NCBI GenBank assembly: GCA_963699545.1
Contig: CAVOUE010000009.1
Span: 1 to 64,000 of the forward strand
Source of the DNA: Nitrospirota bacterium
GTDB lineage: Bacteria; Nitrospirota; Thermodesulfovibrionia; Thermodesulfovibrionales; UBA9159
Reading direction: 5' to 3'
DNA length: 64,000 bases
The notes under the pieces are model-generated. The model ran no database searches and had not been told where the DNA came from. It saw only the letters and a program-made list of their open reading frames with translations. A program made the translations under genes and the position numbers. Positions 28,433 to 39,867 of the stretch are shown in pieces (the first letter of the stretch is position 1; every line of letters starts with the position of its first letter).

Positions 28433-29200
28433 ATGAAGATCAAGGTCCTTGGCTGTTCAGGCGCTGAGTTCCCCGGCCATAATCCTCCAGGGTTTCTCCT
28501 TGACGATGAGATCCTCTTTGATGCGGGGAGCCTGACCAATGTGCTGGGCGGAAGAGGCCAGCAAAAGATACGGAATATTTTTATCACTCATGCTCACCTT
28601 GACCATATCAGGGGCATTCCCTTCCTTGCCGACAACCTCCTTATCGACAACAGGGGATGCAACGTGAACATCATCAGCATCCACCAGGTGATCAAAACGA
28701 TCAGGGAAAACCTTCTCAATGGACATGTCTGGCCCGATTTTACTATCATTCCGGATCCGAAAAACGGGGTGTTGCAGTTCGTGGAGTTGCGCGAAGGCAG
28801 GCCCATAAAGGTCAACGGCTATTCCATCACTCCTTACAGGGTCAACCATTCCGTACCCGCGGTGGGATATCTTGTTGAAGCCCGGGGCGGGAAACGCATG
28901 TTCTATACCGGGGATACGGGGCCTACAGGGGGGACGTGGAAGAAGATCGGGAAGAGGCAGATACACTGTTTGATCATTGAGGTATCCTTCCCCAACAAGA
29001 TGAAAGATATCGCTCTCATGACGGGCCATCTTACTTCATCTCTGCTGAAGGAAGAACTTTCAGGAATGCAGCTCATGCCTGAGAGAGTATATATCACCCA
29101 TACAAAACCCCAGTATTCGCAGGTCATCAGGCACGAGATCAAGAACCTCAAGCTGAAGAACCTGAAACTGTTAAGGGATGGGGAGATCATCAGGATATGA
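28433..29200 (+). CDS. Metallo-beta-lactamase-fold 3',5'-cyclic nucleotide phosphodiesterase (class II-like)
   Basis: VLGCSG, THAHLDH, WPDF, HSVP, YTGDT, EVSFPN and GHLT motifs. Confidence 0.85.
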   Translation: MKIKVLGCSGAEFPGHNPPGFLLDDEILFDAGSLTNVLGGRGQQKIRNIFITHAHLDHIRGIPFLADNLLIDNRGCNVNIISIHQVIKTIRENLLNGHVWPDFTIIPDPKNGVLQFVELREGRPIKVNGYSITPYRVNHSVPAVGYLVEARGGKRMFYTGDTGPTGGTWKKIGKRQIHCLIIEVSFPNKMKDIALMTGHLTSSLLKEELSGMQLMPERVYITHTKPQYSQVIRHEIKNLKLKNLKLLRDGEIIRI

Positions 29201-29262
29201 GAACGCCTTGTCACATCTCTCCCCTCGTGCCTTGATGGCAGAGACGTCGACAAGGAATCTCC

Positions 29263-29290
29263 TTGACAAATGCGTGCGCTTTCATATAAT
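29263..29290 (+). promoter_or_regulatory. Sigma70 promoter
   Basis: TTGACA-N16-TATAAT directly upstream of the TPR/beta-barrel gene. Confidence 0.65.
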
Positions 29291-29299
29291 TATTAATCT

Positions 29300-30610
29300 A
29301 TGAGGAAGGGGAGCATGCGTTTCATCGTACTTATAGCGCTAGCCATTTTTTTCCTGTCCACTGTCTCGCATGCAACCGTTGCGACATATGAGCAACATAT
29401 AGCCAAAGGCGTCGCAGGCGTAGAGGCAGCGGATTACAGGGTCGCAGCCGAAGAATTCAGAGCTGCCCTCAGAGAAAAACCCCTCGATCCTACCGCCACG
29501 CTTTATCTCGGCATAGCCCTCAACCGTTCAGGGGATAGAGAAGCGGAGACGATTCTCAAGCAGGCGCTTGCGATGGAGCCTTCAGATCCCAGGACCAACA
29601 TTGAACTTGGTATTTACTATTTCAGATACTCCATGTACGGTGAGGCAAGGGATTATTTCGAAAACACCATACGGCTTTCACCGGGAACAGAGTTTTCGGC
29701 AAGGGCAGGTGAATATCTCACACTCATAAGAGAGGGTGGCCTTGCAAAGCGCTGGGCATTGAATTTCTCGGTGGGAGGCCAGTACGACAGCAATGTTGTG
29801 CTCAACCCTTCAGGCAACCCTCTTCCTCAGGGTATATCGCAAAAATCCGACTGGAGCGCAGTATTTGTCATGAATGGGAGGTACCATCTCATCAAGGAAG
29901 AGAAGGGAGAGGTCTCTGTGGGGTTCAATTTTTACCAGAACGTCCATGCGGTACTCTCTGATTTTAATATCACCCAACCCGTGTTCGATGTCACCGCGGC
30001 ATACACCATTTTACCGTGGCTGCAGCTGAGAGGGCTCTTTAACTTCGAATACGTGTGGGTGGGGGGGAAGAACAGATACGGGTATGATTATATGGTGGCG
30101 CCATCGGTCGTCATCTCTGAAGGAAAAGGGTTTTCTACCGTCATCGAATACCGGTACCGTCATTACACGTTCAATGACTCTGAACTCTTTTTTGACAATT
30201 CACAGAGGTCGGGTCCTGACAATTACATAGGGATAACCCAGAATATCTCCCTGTAATCCTTCTATGCAGGCCCGGGTGATTTATTCCCATGACGTAGACT
30301 CAACGAAGGAGAGTTTCTGGCACTACAGCGGTGACAGAGGGGCATTGGGACTGTCCTTCATTTTGCCCGACAAAATATTCCTGAACCTTGACGCGGAATA
30401 CTACGTGCAAAGATTACGACGGGACAGATCCGGAGACAGGCGCGAACAGGAAGGACAAGATATTCACCGGTTCGATCTCGGCCACAAAGGTGTTATCGGA
30501 TATGTTCAGCGTCACTCTGGCCCAGCTCTATACCAAGGATAATTCAAACCTAGCGGCGTTTGACTTATAAACGTGCAGTAACCAGCCTCTTTCTGACTGC
30601 GAGGTTTTAG
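29300..30610 (+). CDS. TPR plus outer-membrane beta-barrel protein (DUF560/Slam-like), with several frameshifts
   Basis: Signal peptide, TPR helices, then YDSNV and alternating beta-strands. Fragments 29300-30256, 30264- and 30388- join to end in YKRAVTSLFLTARF* (terminal Phe) at 30610. Confidence 0.75.
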
Positions 30611-31390
30611 ATGAAAAGGTCTCGTACTGAGAGCAACCGTTATCATTGTCGTATCTCTTCTGGGACAGTCAGGCCTCGCTATAGCCAAGGATGATGTGGC
30701 TACGGTGGTTGCGGTTCGGGGCAGAACGATCATCGACAGGGACGAAGCTCGTGCTAGAGGCAAAGGTCAAGGATCCGATACTCTTGAAAGATACGCTCGT
30801 GACAGGGGAAGCAGCCAGGGCAAAGATGCTCTTCTGTGGACGACAGCGTCTTGACCATGGGAGAGAAATCAAGGGTAGTAATAGAGGAATTCATCTACAG
30901 CAGGGAAAAGGGTGGCAAATCGATCTTTAACCTCCTGGACGGAAAGATGAAATCAGTCGTGGGAAAAGCGGGTTTCGAAGTTCATACACCCACTGCAGTT
31001 GCTGCAGCAAGGGGAACGGTGATATTCTTTGATGTGGGGGTAAGGGACGGGAAACTGTGCACCACCATCCTCTGTACCGAAGGAGAAGTAGTTGCGGGAA
31101 GTGCAGATGAGACTGTTAAAGACGTTGTGTCGTTAACGAGCGACACGATAGTCACGATATGTGAGGGAATGCCGTTTCCCACAACCCCTTTAAGGGCGCA
31201 GAACTCCGAGAAAGAAAAGATGATACGGGCGACACGAACATTGTCGGGTATGAGATATCTATGCCCATACCGGCACAGGGGGAAACCGGGGTGCGCAGTT
31301 TTGACCTGGTGCTTCCGCTACGTTCCCCAGATCCCTAACCAGCAGCCGGTGAGCAAAACTCCGGTGACTATCGATCTTATATTCAAATGA
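30611..31390 (+). CDS. FecR-domain periplasmic protein, frameshifted
   Basis: Signal peptide in a shifted frame after ATG 30611; DTLVTG, DDSVLTMGEKS and FEVHTPTAVAAARGT FecR motifs. Confidence 0.8.
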
Positions 31391-33846
31391 AACGGTCAGG
31401 CACAATAAAGATCATAATGACGTTCATACTGCTTGCACTGGCCGCAGTGAACCTCAACAATTGTGGTGGAGGAAGCGGCGGCGGTTCGACGACATCCCTG
31501 TCCTCCAGGACAAATGTGGCGATCAATATCGGACAGACGAGATCGACTGTCGGCTCATTCAAAGGGGAGGTTCGTGAGCCAGACATCTGAAATACCCCCT
31601 GCGGTGACGAGCATAAGACTCACCGTCTCCGCTCCGGACATGAACCCCCTTCAGCAGGTCATCGATGTTGCGGGAAGGAGTTCTGTGTCTCTTTCATTTG
31701 AGCTCCAGAACGGGCAGAACAGGGAATTTGTGGCGGAGGCGCTGGATGCATCAAATAATGTCCTCTACAGGGGTGATATCTTTGCTAACCTGACTGGAAC
31801 ACCGCTCCATCTCACTATCGTCATGGTCTCGGTAGACCCTCTGCCGCCGGTCTTCGCTGGTCTCTCGGGCATCACCGACATTACCGAGACGTCGATGAAA
31901 CTTTCATGGTCTCCGGCTTCGGATGAGGTCACCCCTCAGGAACAGATTGTATACCTGATCTTCCTGTCAACGACCCCTCAGGTAGTTGCAGCGCAGGGAG
32001 CATCCATTTCGCCCAGCTTTGTCACAGACCCCGGGGCGACAACGTTCACCGTGACGGACCTCATCCCGGATACGGAGTATTTTGTGCAGGTTCTGGCGAT
32101 GGACCAAAAGGGGAACAGGGATAACAATAGCGTCGTAAAAAACGCCAGGACCAAGCCTACTCCTGACACCACTCCCCCCACATTTGGAGGGTTGGTATCC
32201 GCGACTGCGCTGTCAGAGAGCCAGATAGAGCTCACATGGACTGCTGCTTCCGATAACAAGACGCTTGCATCCGAGATCGAATATCTCATTTACATGTCGG
32301 TCACCCCGGGGATCACGCCCGGAGAGGGAGCGTTCGCGACCCCGAAGAGCATTGTGACCGGTGTCACCTCCGCGACCATCGCAGGGCTTGACCCCAATAC
32401 CACATACTATTTCAGGGCGTGGGCGAGGGACAAGGCCGGAAATGTGAGCAAGAACGATGTGGAGAAGTCGGCGAAGACTCCACTGCCGCCGGACACCACA
32501 CCGCCCTCGTTCCCCAATGGGCTTGCTTTATTAGCGCAAGCCACTTCGCCTAGCACGGTACTCATCACATGGAACCCTGCCGCCGATGACCAGACAGATC
32601 CGTCGAACTTGACCTATATCATCTACAAAGCGTCAACTTCAGAAGGGGTGTACTCATCGCCTTTCATAACCCTGCTCCCCGGGACTGGAAGACATCATCC
32701 AGGATATTGGACCTTCTGCGGGCAAAAGCAAGCACGGTAAGTTTTACTGTAGAGGGTTTGACCCCCAACACCCATAATTGTTTCGGTGTCAATGCAAAGG
32801 ATCAGGCGGGCAATATGACCAACAGTTCCGAGGTGAGCTGTGTAGACACTCCTCCTACTCCTGATACCATTCCGCCGTCCGTGCCGACCGGGCTGACGGC
32901 AACCGCCATTTCTTCAAGCCAGATAACCCTCGCGTGGAATGCCTCCACTGATGACGTGGGAGGAACAGGAGTGGCAGGGTACAAGGTGTATCGTAACGGT
33001 CTGTTAGTTGCGGCGTCCAAGAAGAGTGCAGTGATTCCCATTGCTACCGTCACCACTACGAATTACTCCGATACAGGGCTTATCCCAAACACTCAGTATT
33101 GCTATCAGGTCTCGGCATTCGATGGGGCCACTCCCCCTAATGACTCAGCGCAGAGTGATCAGGTTTGTGCAAGGACGCAGGATACAACCCCTCCTCCTTC
33201 TCCTGACACCACGCCGCCGTCCGTGCCGGCCGGGCTGACCGCAGCCGCCATTTCTTCAGGCCAGATAGACCTCACATGGAATACCTCTACCGATGATGTG
33301 GGCGTAACGGGATATAAAGTTTACAGGGATGGTATATTCCTTAAGTCGGTTACTACACCCTCAACGTCTGACACGGGGCTTGCCCCCTCAACCAACCACT
33401 GTTACACCGTGTCAGCATTTGATGCTGCCAATAATGAGTCGGCACAGAGCAATCCGGCTTGCGCGACTACACAACCCACGCAACCTCCACCATCTCCGTT
33501 CATAGACCTCTCTGTACCCCTCGTATATGATGGGTGCAGTGGTGATGGCTGTTTGTCCTTTATTGTCTATAATAGTGGTACCATGGACGCGACGAACGTT
33601 TCGATCTATGGTCTTAACGGATATTTCGGTTTTCCGACCAGTTGTCAACCTTTCTTTAACATCACGGTTCCGGCGGGCGGTTTTGTTTTTCTCGACACGG
33701 GCCTCTTTCTCTTAGACGATTACTACATACTCATAGACCCGACGAATGCCATACTGGAAAGCGATGAAGGCAACAACGCCTTATGCAGCGGACTATTCTG
33801 CACTACCCCGCCAATATGGCCCAGTGATTTTAGCGGCTGCTCTTAG
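31387..33846 (+). CDS. Fibronectin type III repeat lipoprotein with CARDB-like C-terminus; frameshifts near 31560 and 32690
   Basis: Lipoprotein-like signal (..NLNNC-GGGSGGG); about five DTTPP..GL.A....I.LTW....D..Y..Y Fn3 repeats; IDPTNAILESDEGNN. Confidence 0.8.
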
Positions 33847-35480
33847 TCGTACACGTATGCGTCAGGGAGGCTGAAAGGAAAAGGCAATCTGCCCTTTGCC
33901 TGTCGTATCCCCGAGATTATCTCCAGGGCCACGTCTAAATGTACCTTGGTATTTTCAGCTGTCAGGACAATTCGCCTCGGTTGAAGCTCCCCGATGATTT
34001 TCTGAAATCTCCCCGGCTGCCCTAAGACTACGATGCATTCTTTGTTTAACGTATTGCAGGCAGAAATGATCTCCGCCGCATCCGTATACTCTGCATCCAT
34101 GATGACAGCATCAAATTTGGCCAGAAACTTATCGATGGGCGTTTCAGGGTGTATCTTCCGATAGTTCAGCAAAGTCGTATCCAGAGTTTCGGCATGCCTG
34201 AAAAAATTCTTTACGCCGCTGAGCAGGATTGAGTTATTCCCTATATAGAGCGCGGAAGACTCCTTTCGTATCGGGAGAGGAGGGACATCCCTCCCTCTCA
34301 CATACGCGATAGAGGCCTCTGCTACTGATCTCGCAACATGGCCAAGATCGTTTCGCGACATCCTCACGGGAGCTTTCATGATCCTCGTCTTTGCCTTCAT
34401 TATTCTTGTCAGGGACTCATCAAGTTTCCTGTGGCTGATGTGCCCCTTCTTCACCGCGTCCACGAGCGCATTGAAAACCTTCTCCTGATTTTTCATCTCA
34501 TGGCTTACCATAATAATATCGGCGCCCGACCGGAATGACCGAACCGCGGCCTCCGCTACCGTCATCATCCCCCTTATCGCCCTCATCTCGATATTGTCCA
34601 CAATAATGAGTCCTTCAAATCCCATACCTTTTCTCAGCACGTCCACCATCCAGTAAGCTGAAAGTGAAATAGGATTCTTCGAGTCTCCCGGCTCCGCAAT
34701 AAAATGCCCAACCATAACGATGTCCACTCCTGCCCTTACAGCGTTCTCGAAAGGCATCGTATCCTCATCCCTCTCCTCCCGGTCCTTCCACACGATATGC
34801 GGAATCACGAAATGGGAATCCTCCTTCGCCCTTCCTATGCCGGGAAAATGCTTGGCGGTTGCCAGCAATCCGGCTTCCCTGAGTCCGCGGATATAGGCGC
34901 TCCCCAATTGTGCAACCGTCCGGGAATCACTGCTAAAGCTCCTCCTTGCCATCGGCGACGACAGCATGTCTGCCGGCACATCAAGCACAGGAGACAGATT
35001 GACGTTTATTCCCAGGTCCTTCAGGGCGCTGCCAACGGACAGACCGGCCTCCCTCGAAAGCTCCTCAGAATTCGCCGCACCGATCGCAGGCTCCGAAGGG
35101 GGCCTATACAATTCTCCCTCGATGCGATGGACCAACCCTCCCTCCTGATCCACAGCAAAAAAAATCGGGAGTTCACGGTCTCCGGAGATGGACCGTATCT
35201 TTGAGATGAGAGGAGCAATGTCCGTTGCTTCCTTCACATTTCTTCCATAAATGACGATGCCGCCGGGATTGATCTTCCTGATATGCTCGATCTCCCGTGA
35301 GCTGAGGTCCTGACCCTGGATCCCGAGCATGAGAAGCTGCCCTACCTTCTCCTCCAAAGTCATCCTCTTGACATGCTCGGCCAGTTCTTCACTGGCGTGA
35401 AGACCGTCCGCTGCCCAGAAAAGGCAACCAAGAGCTGCAAGTATTACCAGGGGTCTCTTCATCGGTAGATGGTCAGGCAA
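33843..35480 (-). CDS. Glycoside hydrolase family 3, beta-N-acetylhexosaminidase (NagZ-like), secreted
   Basis: MTLEEKVGQL, DQEGG and KHFPGIG....DSH motifs. Confidence 0.88.
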   Translation of the reverse strand: MPDHLPMKRPLVILAALGCLFWAADGLHASEELAEHVKRMTLEEKVGQLLMLGIQGQDLSSREIEHIRKINPGGIVIYGRNVKEATDIAPLISKIRSISGDRELPIFFAVDQEGGLVHRIEGELYRPPSEPAIGAANSEELSREAGLSVGSALKDLGINVNLSPVLDVPADMLSSPMARRSFSSDSRTVAQLGSAYIRGLREAGLLATAKHFPGIGRAKEDSHFVIPHIVWKDREERDEDTMPFENAVRAGVDIVMVGHFIAEPGDSKNPISLSAYWMVDVLRKGMGFEGLIIVDNIEMRAIRGMMTVAEAAVRSFRSGADIIMVSHEMKNQEKVFNALVDAVKKGHISHRKLDESLTRIMKAKTRIMKAPVRMSRNDLGHVARSVAEASIAYVRGRDVPPLPIRKESSALYIGNNSILLSGVKNFFRHAETLDTTLLNYRKIHPETPIDKFLAKFDAVIMDAEYTDAAEIISACNTLNKECIVVLGQPGRFQKIIGELQPRRIVLTAENTKVHLDVALEIISGIRQAKGRLPFPFSLPDAYVYD

Positions 35481-35501
35481 TCTATCATAGAAGCCTCCTT
35501 G

Positions 35502-35530
35502 TTGTCCATTTTACCCTAAATTTGTATAAT
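35502..35530 (+). promoter_or_regulatory. Sigma70 promoter of the cyclase gene
   Basis: TTGTCC-N17-TATAAT, 10 nt before the ATG. Confidence 0.5.
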
Positions 35531-35540
35531 CTCTTTAGTC

Positions 35541-37475
35541 ATGAAAAAGAGGACCCTCTTGTTCTACCTTATTACGCTCACCTCCACATCGCTCTTTGTC
35601 CTCCTGCAGCTCTTTGATCCCGTCATAATCCGTGAGCAACTTGAGAGCAAGACGTACGACCTGAGACTTCGTCTGAAAAACCTTGTGAGACAGCAACCTC
35701 CGGCAAAAGACATCGTCATCGTCGCCATCAACGACAATAGCATCGAGGAAATCGGCAGGTGGCCCTGGGGAAGGGATGTTATGGCAGGTCTGATCAATAA
35801 GATCTCCGCTTCAAGACCGAAGGTCATTGGGATCGATGTTATGTTCACCGAAAGAGAGAGTCCCGAGAAGGACGAAAGACTTGCAGAAGCAATAAAAAAG
35901 GCGGGAAACGTAGTGCTGGCCACGGCCTTTGAGGTCCCTCAGGGAAGAAAGGTTCTCACACCTCCAAAGGATGTTCCCGATTTTCTCTGGGACTCCGCGT
36001 TCATGGAGGTAAAAAGCCAAAGGGGAATTAAATGGAAGGACTTTGCAGTGAAGGCGGAAAAGGTTAAGGCTTCCTTGCCCGAATTCTCCACTGTTGCAGC
36101 GCTCGGCCATGTCTACGCCCTGCCTGATATGGATGGATCTCAGCGATGGGAGATTCTCTCTCTTATGTACGGTGATGACTGTTACCCGCAGTTCGCTCTC
36201 CAGATCGCCCGTATCGCCCTCGGCATCCCCATGAAAGATATGGTCCTCTACGGCGGATCCGGCATAGGTCTCGGCACCGGGTTCATTCCGACCGATCTCT
36301 GGGGACGTGCGGGGATCAATTACCGAGGGAAGGAGCACAGTTTTCCTTATATATCAGCTTCCGACATTATCAGGGGCAGGATCGCTGCCGAAACGCTGAA
36401 GGACAAAATAGTCCTCGTCGGAACTTCTGCCCTTGCCACCTATGATCAGAAGGTGACACCCTTTTCAGCCAATATGCCGGGCGTCGAGAAAAACGCCAGT
36501 GTTGTCGAGAATATCCTCGTCAATAATTTTATCAGGAAGAGTCCAGGGGTGATGGAACTCGTGGTGATAATCCTCACCGGGATTTTCCTGGGACTGACCC
36601 TTCCGAAGTTGAAGGCTGTTGCCAGCGCATTCCTTGCCGCAGGTTTCATACTGCTCTACATCGTCGCCTGCTGCTATCTCCTCATGTACCAGAACTTGTC
36701 GGCAAATCTGCTCTATCCCGTCACGAACATGTTCGCGATCTTTACCACTCTCACGGTCACAAAGTTTTTCCTCGAGGAAAGAAAATCGAAGGAGATACGG
36801 CAGATGTTTTCAAGCTATGTATCGCCCAAGATCGTGAAAGAGCTCATCGATAATCCCGACAAGGCGAGACTTGGGGGAGAACGAAGGGTCGTCACTGTCC
36901 TTTTCTCTGATATCATCGGCTTCACCTCGCTCTCTGAAAGGAGACAGCCGGAGGAGGTCGTTTCTCTTCTCAACGAGTATTTCAAGGAGATGGCGGATAT
37001 TATATTCAGATGGGATGGGACCCTCGACAAGTTTGTCGGTGACGAGATAATGGCGCTCTGGGGCGCTCCCGTAGATCAACCAAACCACGCAGAACTCGCA
37101 CTAAGATGCGCCCTCAATATGTCGGCAAAGCTGGACGAGCTGCACGACATGTGGAAGGGTAAGGGATCCGAAGTTCTCGACGTGGGTATCGGAATCAACA
37201 CAGGTGAGGTCATCATAGGCAATATCGGCGCGGCCGGGAAAAAGATGGATTACACCGCAATAGGTGACCACGTCAATCTCGCAGCGAGAGTAGAAAAATT
37301 AACGAGGCAGTACAACACAAGGATCCTCATTGCTGAAAACACGTTCGAACAGATTGAGCCGCTTATTAAGAAAGGAGCGTTCGGACATCTGGAGCTAATA
37401 GCGCTTGCGTCGGTGAAAGTGAAAGGGAAGGAAAAAGAGGTGACGATCTTTGAGGTGAAAGGGTTCAAGCAGTAG
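35541..37475 (+). CDS. CHASE2-domain adenylate cyclase (class III)
   Basis: GRWPW CHASE2 motif, three TM helices, FSDIIGFT, DKFVGD and YTAIGDHVNLAARVE. The Lys in DKF is consistent with ATP specificity. Confidence 0.93.
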   Translation: MKKRTLLFYLITLTSTSLFVLLQLFDPVIIREQLESKTYDLRLRLKNLVRQQPPAKDIVIVAINDNSIEEIGRWPWGRDVMAGLINKISASRPKVIGIDVMFTERESPEKDERLAEAIKKAGNVVLATAFEVPQGRKVLTPPKDVPDFLWDSAFMEVKSQRGIKWKDFAVKAEKVKASLPEFSTVAALGHVYALPDMDGSQRWEILSLMYGDDCYPQFALQIARIALGIPMKDMVLYGGSGIGLGTGFIPTDLWGRAGINYRGKEHSFPYISASDIIRGRIAAETLKDKIVLVGTSALATYDQKVTPFSANMPGVEKNASVVENILVNNFIRKSPGVMELVVIILTGIFLGLTLPKLKAVASAFLAAGFILLYIVACCYLLMYQNLSANLLYPVTNMFAIFTTLTVTKFFLEERKSKEIRQMFSSYVSPKIVKELIDNPDKARLGGERRVVTVLFSDIIGFTSLSERRQPEEVVSLLNEYFKEMADIIFRWDGTLDKFVGDEIMALWGAPVDQPNHAELALRCALNMSAKLDELHDMWKGKGSEVLDVGIGINTGEVIIGNIGAAGKKMDYTAIGDHVNLAARVEKLTRQYNTRILIAENTFEQIEPLIKKGAFGHLELIALASVKVKGKEKEVTIFEVKGFKQ

Positions 37476-37628
37476 ACTTCCTGTCTCTCCCTTGTTCTGT
37501 CTGTGAAATTGACTTTTCAAAATATATTTAGATATATTAAGGTATATAAATTATTTATAAGTAAATCTTTATTGCCTATTTAATCTGCTTATGGTATTTT
37601 ATGTGTCGTCCATCGCGGAGGAGTTCTC

Positions 37629-38093
37629 GTGGAAGAGAAACTTGTAAGCATTCTTCAGGAATACAGGTCGGGCGAAGGGAACCTAATAACCCTTCTTCAG
37701 GATATCCAGTCGGAGTTCGGCTACGTCCCTGAACAGGCAGTAACCTGGTTTTCGAAAGAACTTGACATACCGGCAAGCCGCTTTTACGGTGTGTCCACCT
37801 TCTATTCCCAGTTTCATCTCAAGCCGCGGGGCAAGAATATCATTACCGCGTGCTGCGGAACCGCATGCCATGTGCGGGGTGCGGACAGACTGATCAGCGC
37901 CGCCCTTCGGGAGCTTAAACTCAATGAAGACCAGGACACTACAGAGGACGGGGAGATCACCCTTGAAAAAGTGGCCTGCCTCGGTACCTGCAGCATGGCG
38001 CCTGTAATGATCATCGACCATAAGATGCATGCAAAAATAACCCCCGAGAAGATGAAAAAAGAGATCAAGTCACTGAAGAAGGACAAGAAATGA
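37629..38093 (+). CDS. NuoE/HydC-like [2Fe-2S] subunit of a formate dehydrogenase complex
   Basis: TFYSQF, CCGTACH and CLGTC motifs. Confidence 0.9.
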   Translation: MEEKLVSILQEYRSGEGNLITLLQDIQSEFGYVPEQAVTWFSKELDIPASRFYGVSTFYSQFHLKPRGKNIITACCGTACHVRGADRLISAALRELKLNEDQDTTEDGEITLEKVACLGTCSMAPVMIIDHKMHAKITPEKMKKEIKSLKKDKK

Positions 38094-39865
38094 GCACGGT
38101 ACAGATAAAGGTCTGCATGGGGCCCGGTGGCATCGCCTCGGGCGGTCCAGACGTCATCGCTGCCTTTCAGTCGGAACTGAAGCAGGCAAGTATTTCTGCG
38201 CAGATACAGGAAGGCTGCTCGTTGCATCACGTCGGCTGTTTCGGTCTCTGTTCCAAGGACGTCCTTGTCGATCTCTTCATCGACGGGAACAAAACGACCT
38301 ATGAGTACGTGAAGCCTGACATGGTGAAGCGTATCGTGAACGAACACATCGTGGGAAAGAAACCGGTACCGGAATGGATGGCTGGGGAGGATTATGAGAA
38401 CTTCTATAAGAAACAGGTGAAGGTCGTCCTTTCCGACTGCGGGAAGATAGACTATGAGAGCATCGAATCCTACATCGCTGCAGGAGGTTACAAGGCTGCA
38501 GAGAAGATCTTCACCTCCATGAGCCCTGACGGGGTGATCACCGAGATGAAGAAGTCCGGGCTAAGAGGACGGGGCGGCGCCGGCTTCCCCACGGGAGTGA
38601 AATGGGAGGCTTGCCGGAAGACTGCCTCTGACCAAAAGTATTTCATCTGCAACGCAGACGAAGGTGATCCCGGTGCATTCATGGACAGGGCGGTGATAGA
38701 AGGAAATCCCCATGTGGTCATCGAGGGAATGCTCATTGGTGCCTATGCCACCGGTGCGACCAAGGGGTACGTATATATCAGGGCAGAATATCCCCTGGCT
38801 GTTGAGCGGCTCAAGAAAGCGATAAAAGATGCCACGGCAAGAGGTTTTCTGGGGAAAAACCTCTTCAACAAGGCCTTCGACTTTACCATACGATTAAAAC
38901 TCGGCGCAGGCGCCTTTGTGTGTGGAGAAGAAACTGCGCTCATCGCATCCATTGAAGGCCAAAGGGGTATGCCGAGACCAAAGCCGCCCTTCCCTGTATA
39001 TCAGGGGCTATGGGGAAAGCCGACGGTGATCAATAATGTGGAAACCCTTGCGAACATCCCGTATATCATCAGCAAGGGGGCTGACTGGTATGCATCCTAC
39101 GGTACCGAGAAGTCAAAAGGCACGAAGGTCTTTGCCCTCACCGGGAAGGTGAAGAATACCGGACTCATCGAGATCCCCATGGGTATCACGCTGAAGGAGA
39201 TCATTTACGATATAGGAGGCGGCATCGAGAACAACAAGGCGTTGAAGGCGGTCCAGACAGGAGGACCTTCCGGCGGGTGCATCCCTGCCGGCATGGTGGA
39301 TATCAATGTCGATTATGAGTCCCTTGCCCAGGTCGGCTCCATTGTAGGCTCGGGCGGAATGATCGTTCTTGATGAGGATGACTGCATGGTGAATGTTGCA
39401 AAGTACTTCCTTCAGTTCACTCAGTCAGAATCCTGCGGTAAGTGTGTCCCCTGCCGCATAGGAACGAAAAGGCTTCTCGAAATACTGGACAGGATCACGA
39501 AAGGAAAGGGAAAAGAGGAGGATATAGAGCTTCTCCAGAAGCTGAGCAGCGATGTGAAGGCCGCCTCTCTCTGCGGCCTCGGACAGACCGCTCCCAACCC
39601 GGTGATGAGCACTCTTAAGTATTTCAGGGACGAATACGAAGCCCACATCAAGCAGAAGAAGTGTCCTTCCAAGGTCTGCAGGGATCTCCTCCTCTATTCC
39701 GTTATCGAAAAGACATGCACGGGCTGCGGAGCCTGCCTCAGGGCATGTCCCTCAGGTGCGATCACCGGCGAGAAGAAGAAGCCCCACAGGATAGATCCCG
39801 ATAAATGCATCAAGTGCGGTGCGTGCTTTGATGTGTGTAAATTCGCGTCGGTAAACAGGGAGTAA
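38090..39865 (+). CDS. NuoF/HydB-like FMN/NADH-binding subunit
   Basis: GRGGAGFPTG, NADEGDPGAFMD, GAFVCGEET, SCGKCVPCR; N-terminal 2Fe-2S domain and C-terminal 2x[4Fe-4S]. Confidence 0.93.
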   Translation: MSTVQIKVCMGPGGIASGGPDVIAAFQSELKQASISAQIQEGCSLHHVGCFGLCSKDVLVDLFIDGNKTTYEYVKPDMVKRIVNEHIVGKKPVPEWMAGEDYENFYKKQVKVVLSDCGKIDYESIESYIAAGGYKAAEKIFTSMSPDGVITEMKKSGLRGRGGAGFPTGVKWEACRKTASDQKYFICNADEGDPGAFMDRAVIEGNPHVVIEGMLIGAYATGATKGYVYIRAEYPLAVERLKKAIKDATARGFLGKNLFNKAFDFTIRLKLGAGAFVCGEETALIASIEGQRGMPRPKPPFPVYQGLWGKPTVINNVETLANIPYIISKGADWYASYGTEKSKGTKVFALTGKVKNTGLIEIPMGITLKEIIYDIGGGIENNKALKAVQTGGPSGGCIPAGMVDINVDYESLAQVGSIVGSGGMIVLDEDDCMVNVAKYFLQFTQSESCGKCVPCRIGTKRLLEILDRITKGKGKEEDIELLQKLSSDVKAASLCGLGQTAPNPVMSTLKYFRDEYEAHIKQKKCPSKVCRDLLLYSVIEKTCTGCGACLRACPSGAITGEKKKPHRIDPDKCIKCGACFDVCKFASVNRE

Positions 39866-39867
39866 CC

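Noticed and set aside
32855-33440. Direct DNA repeats (CCGCCGTCCGTGCCG.CCGGGCTGAC) that could suggest a CRISPR array or mobile repeat
   Set aside because: They are the coding repeats of adjacent Fn3 domains. No CRISPR array or cas gene was seen in the window.
37629-39865. Respiratory complex I nuoEF or an [FeFe]-hydrogenase
   Set aside because: There are no other nuo genes and no H-cluster subunit; the partner is a formate dehydrogenase.
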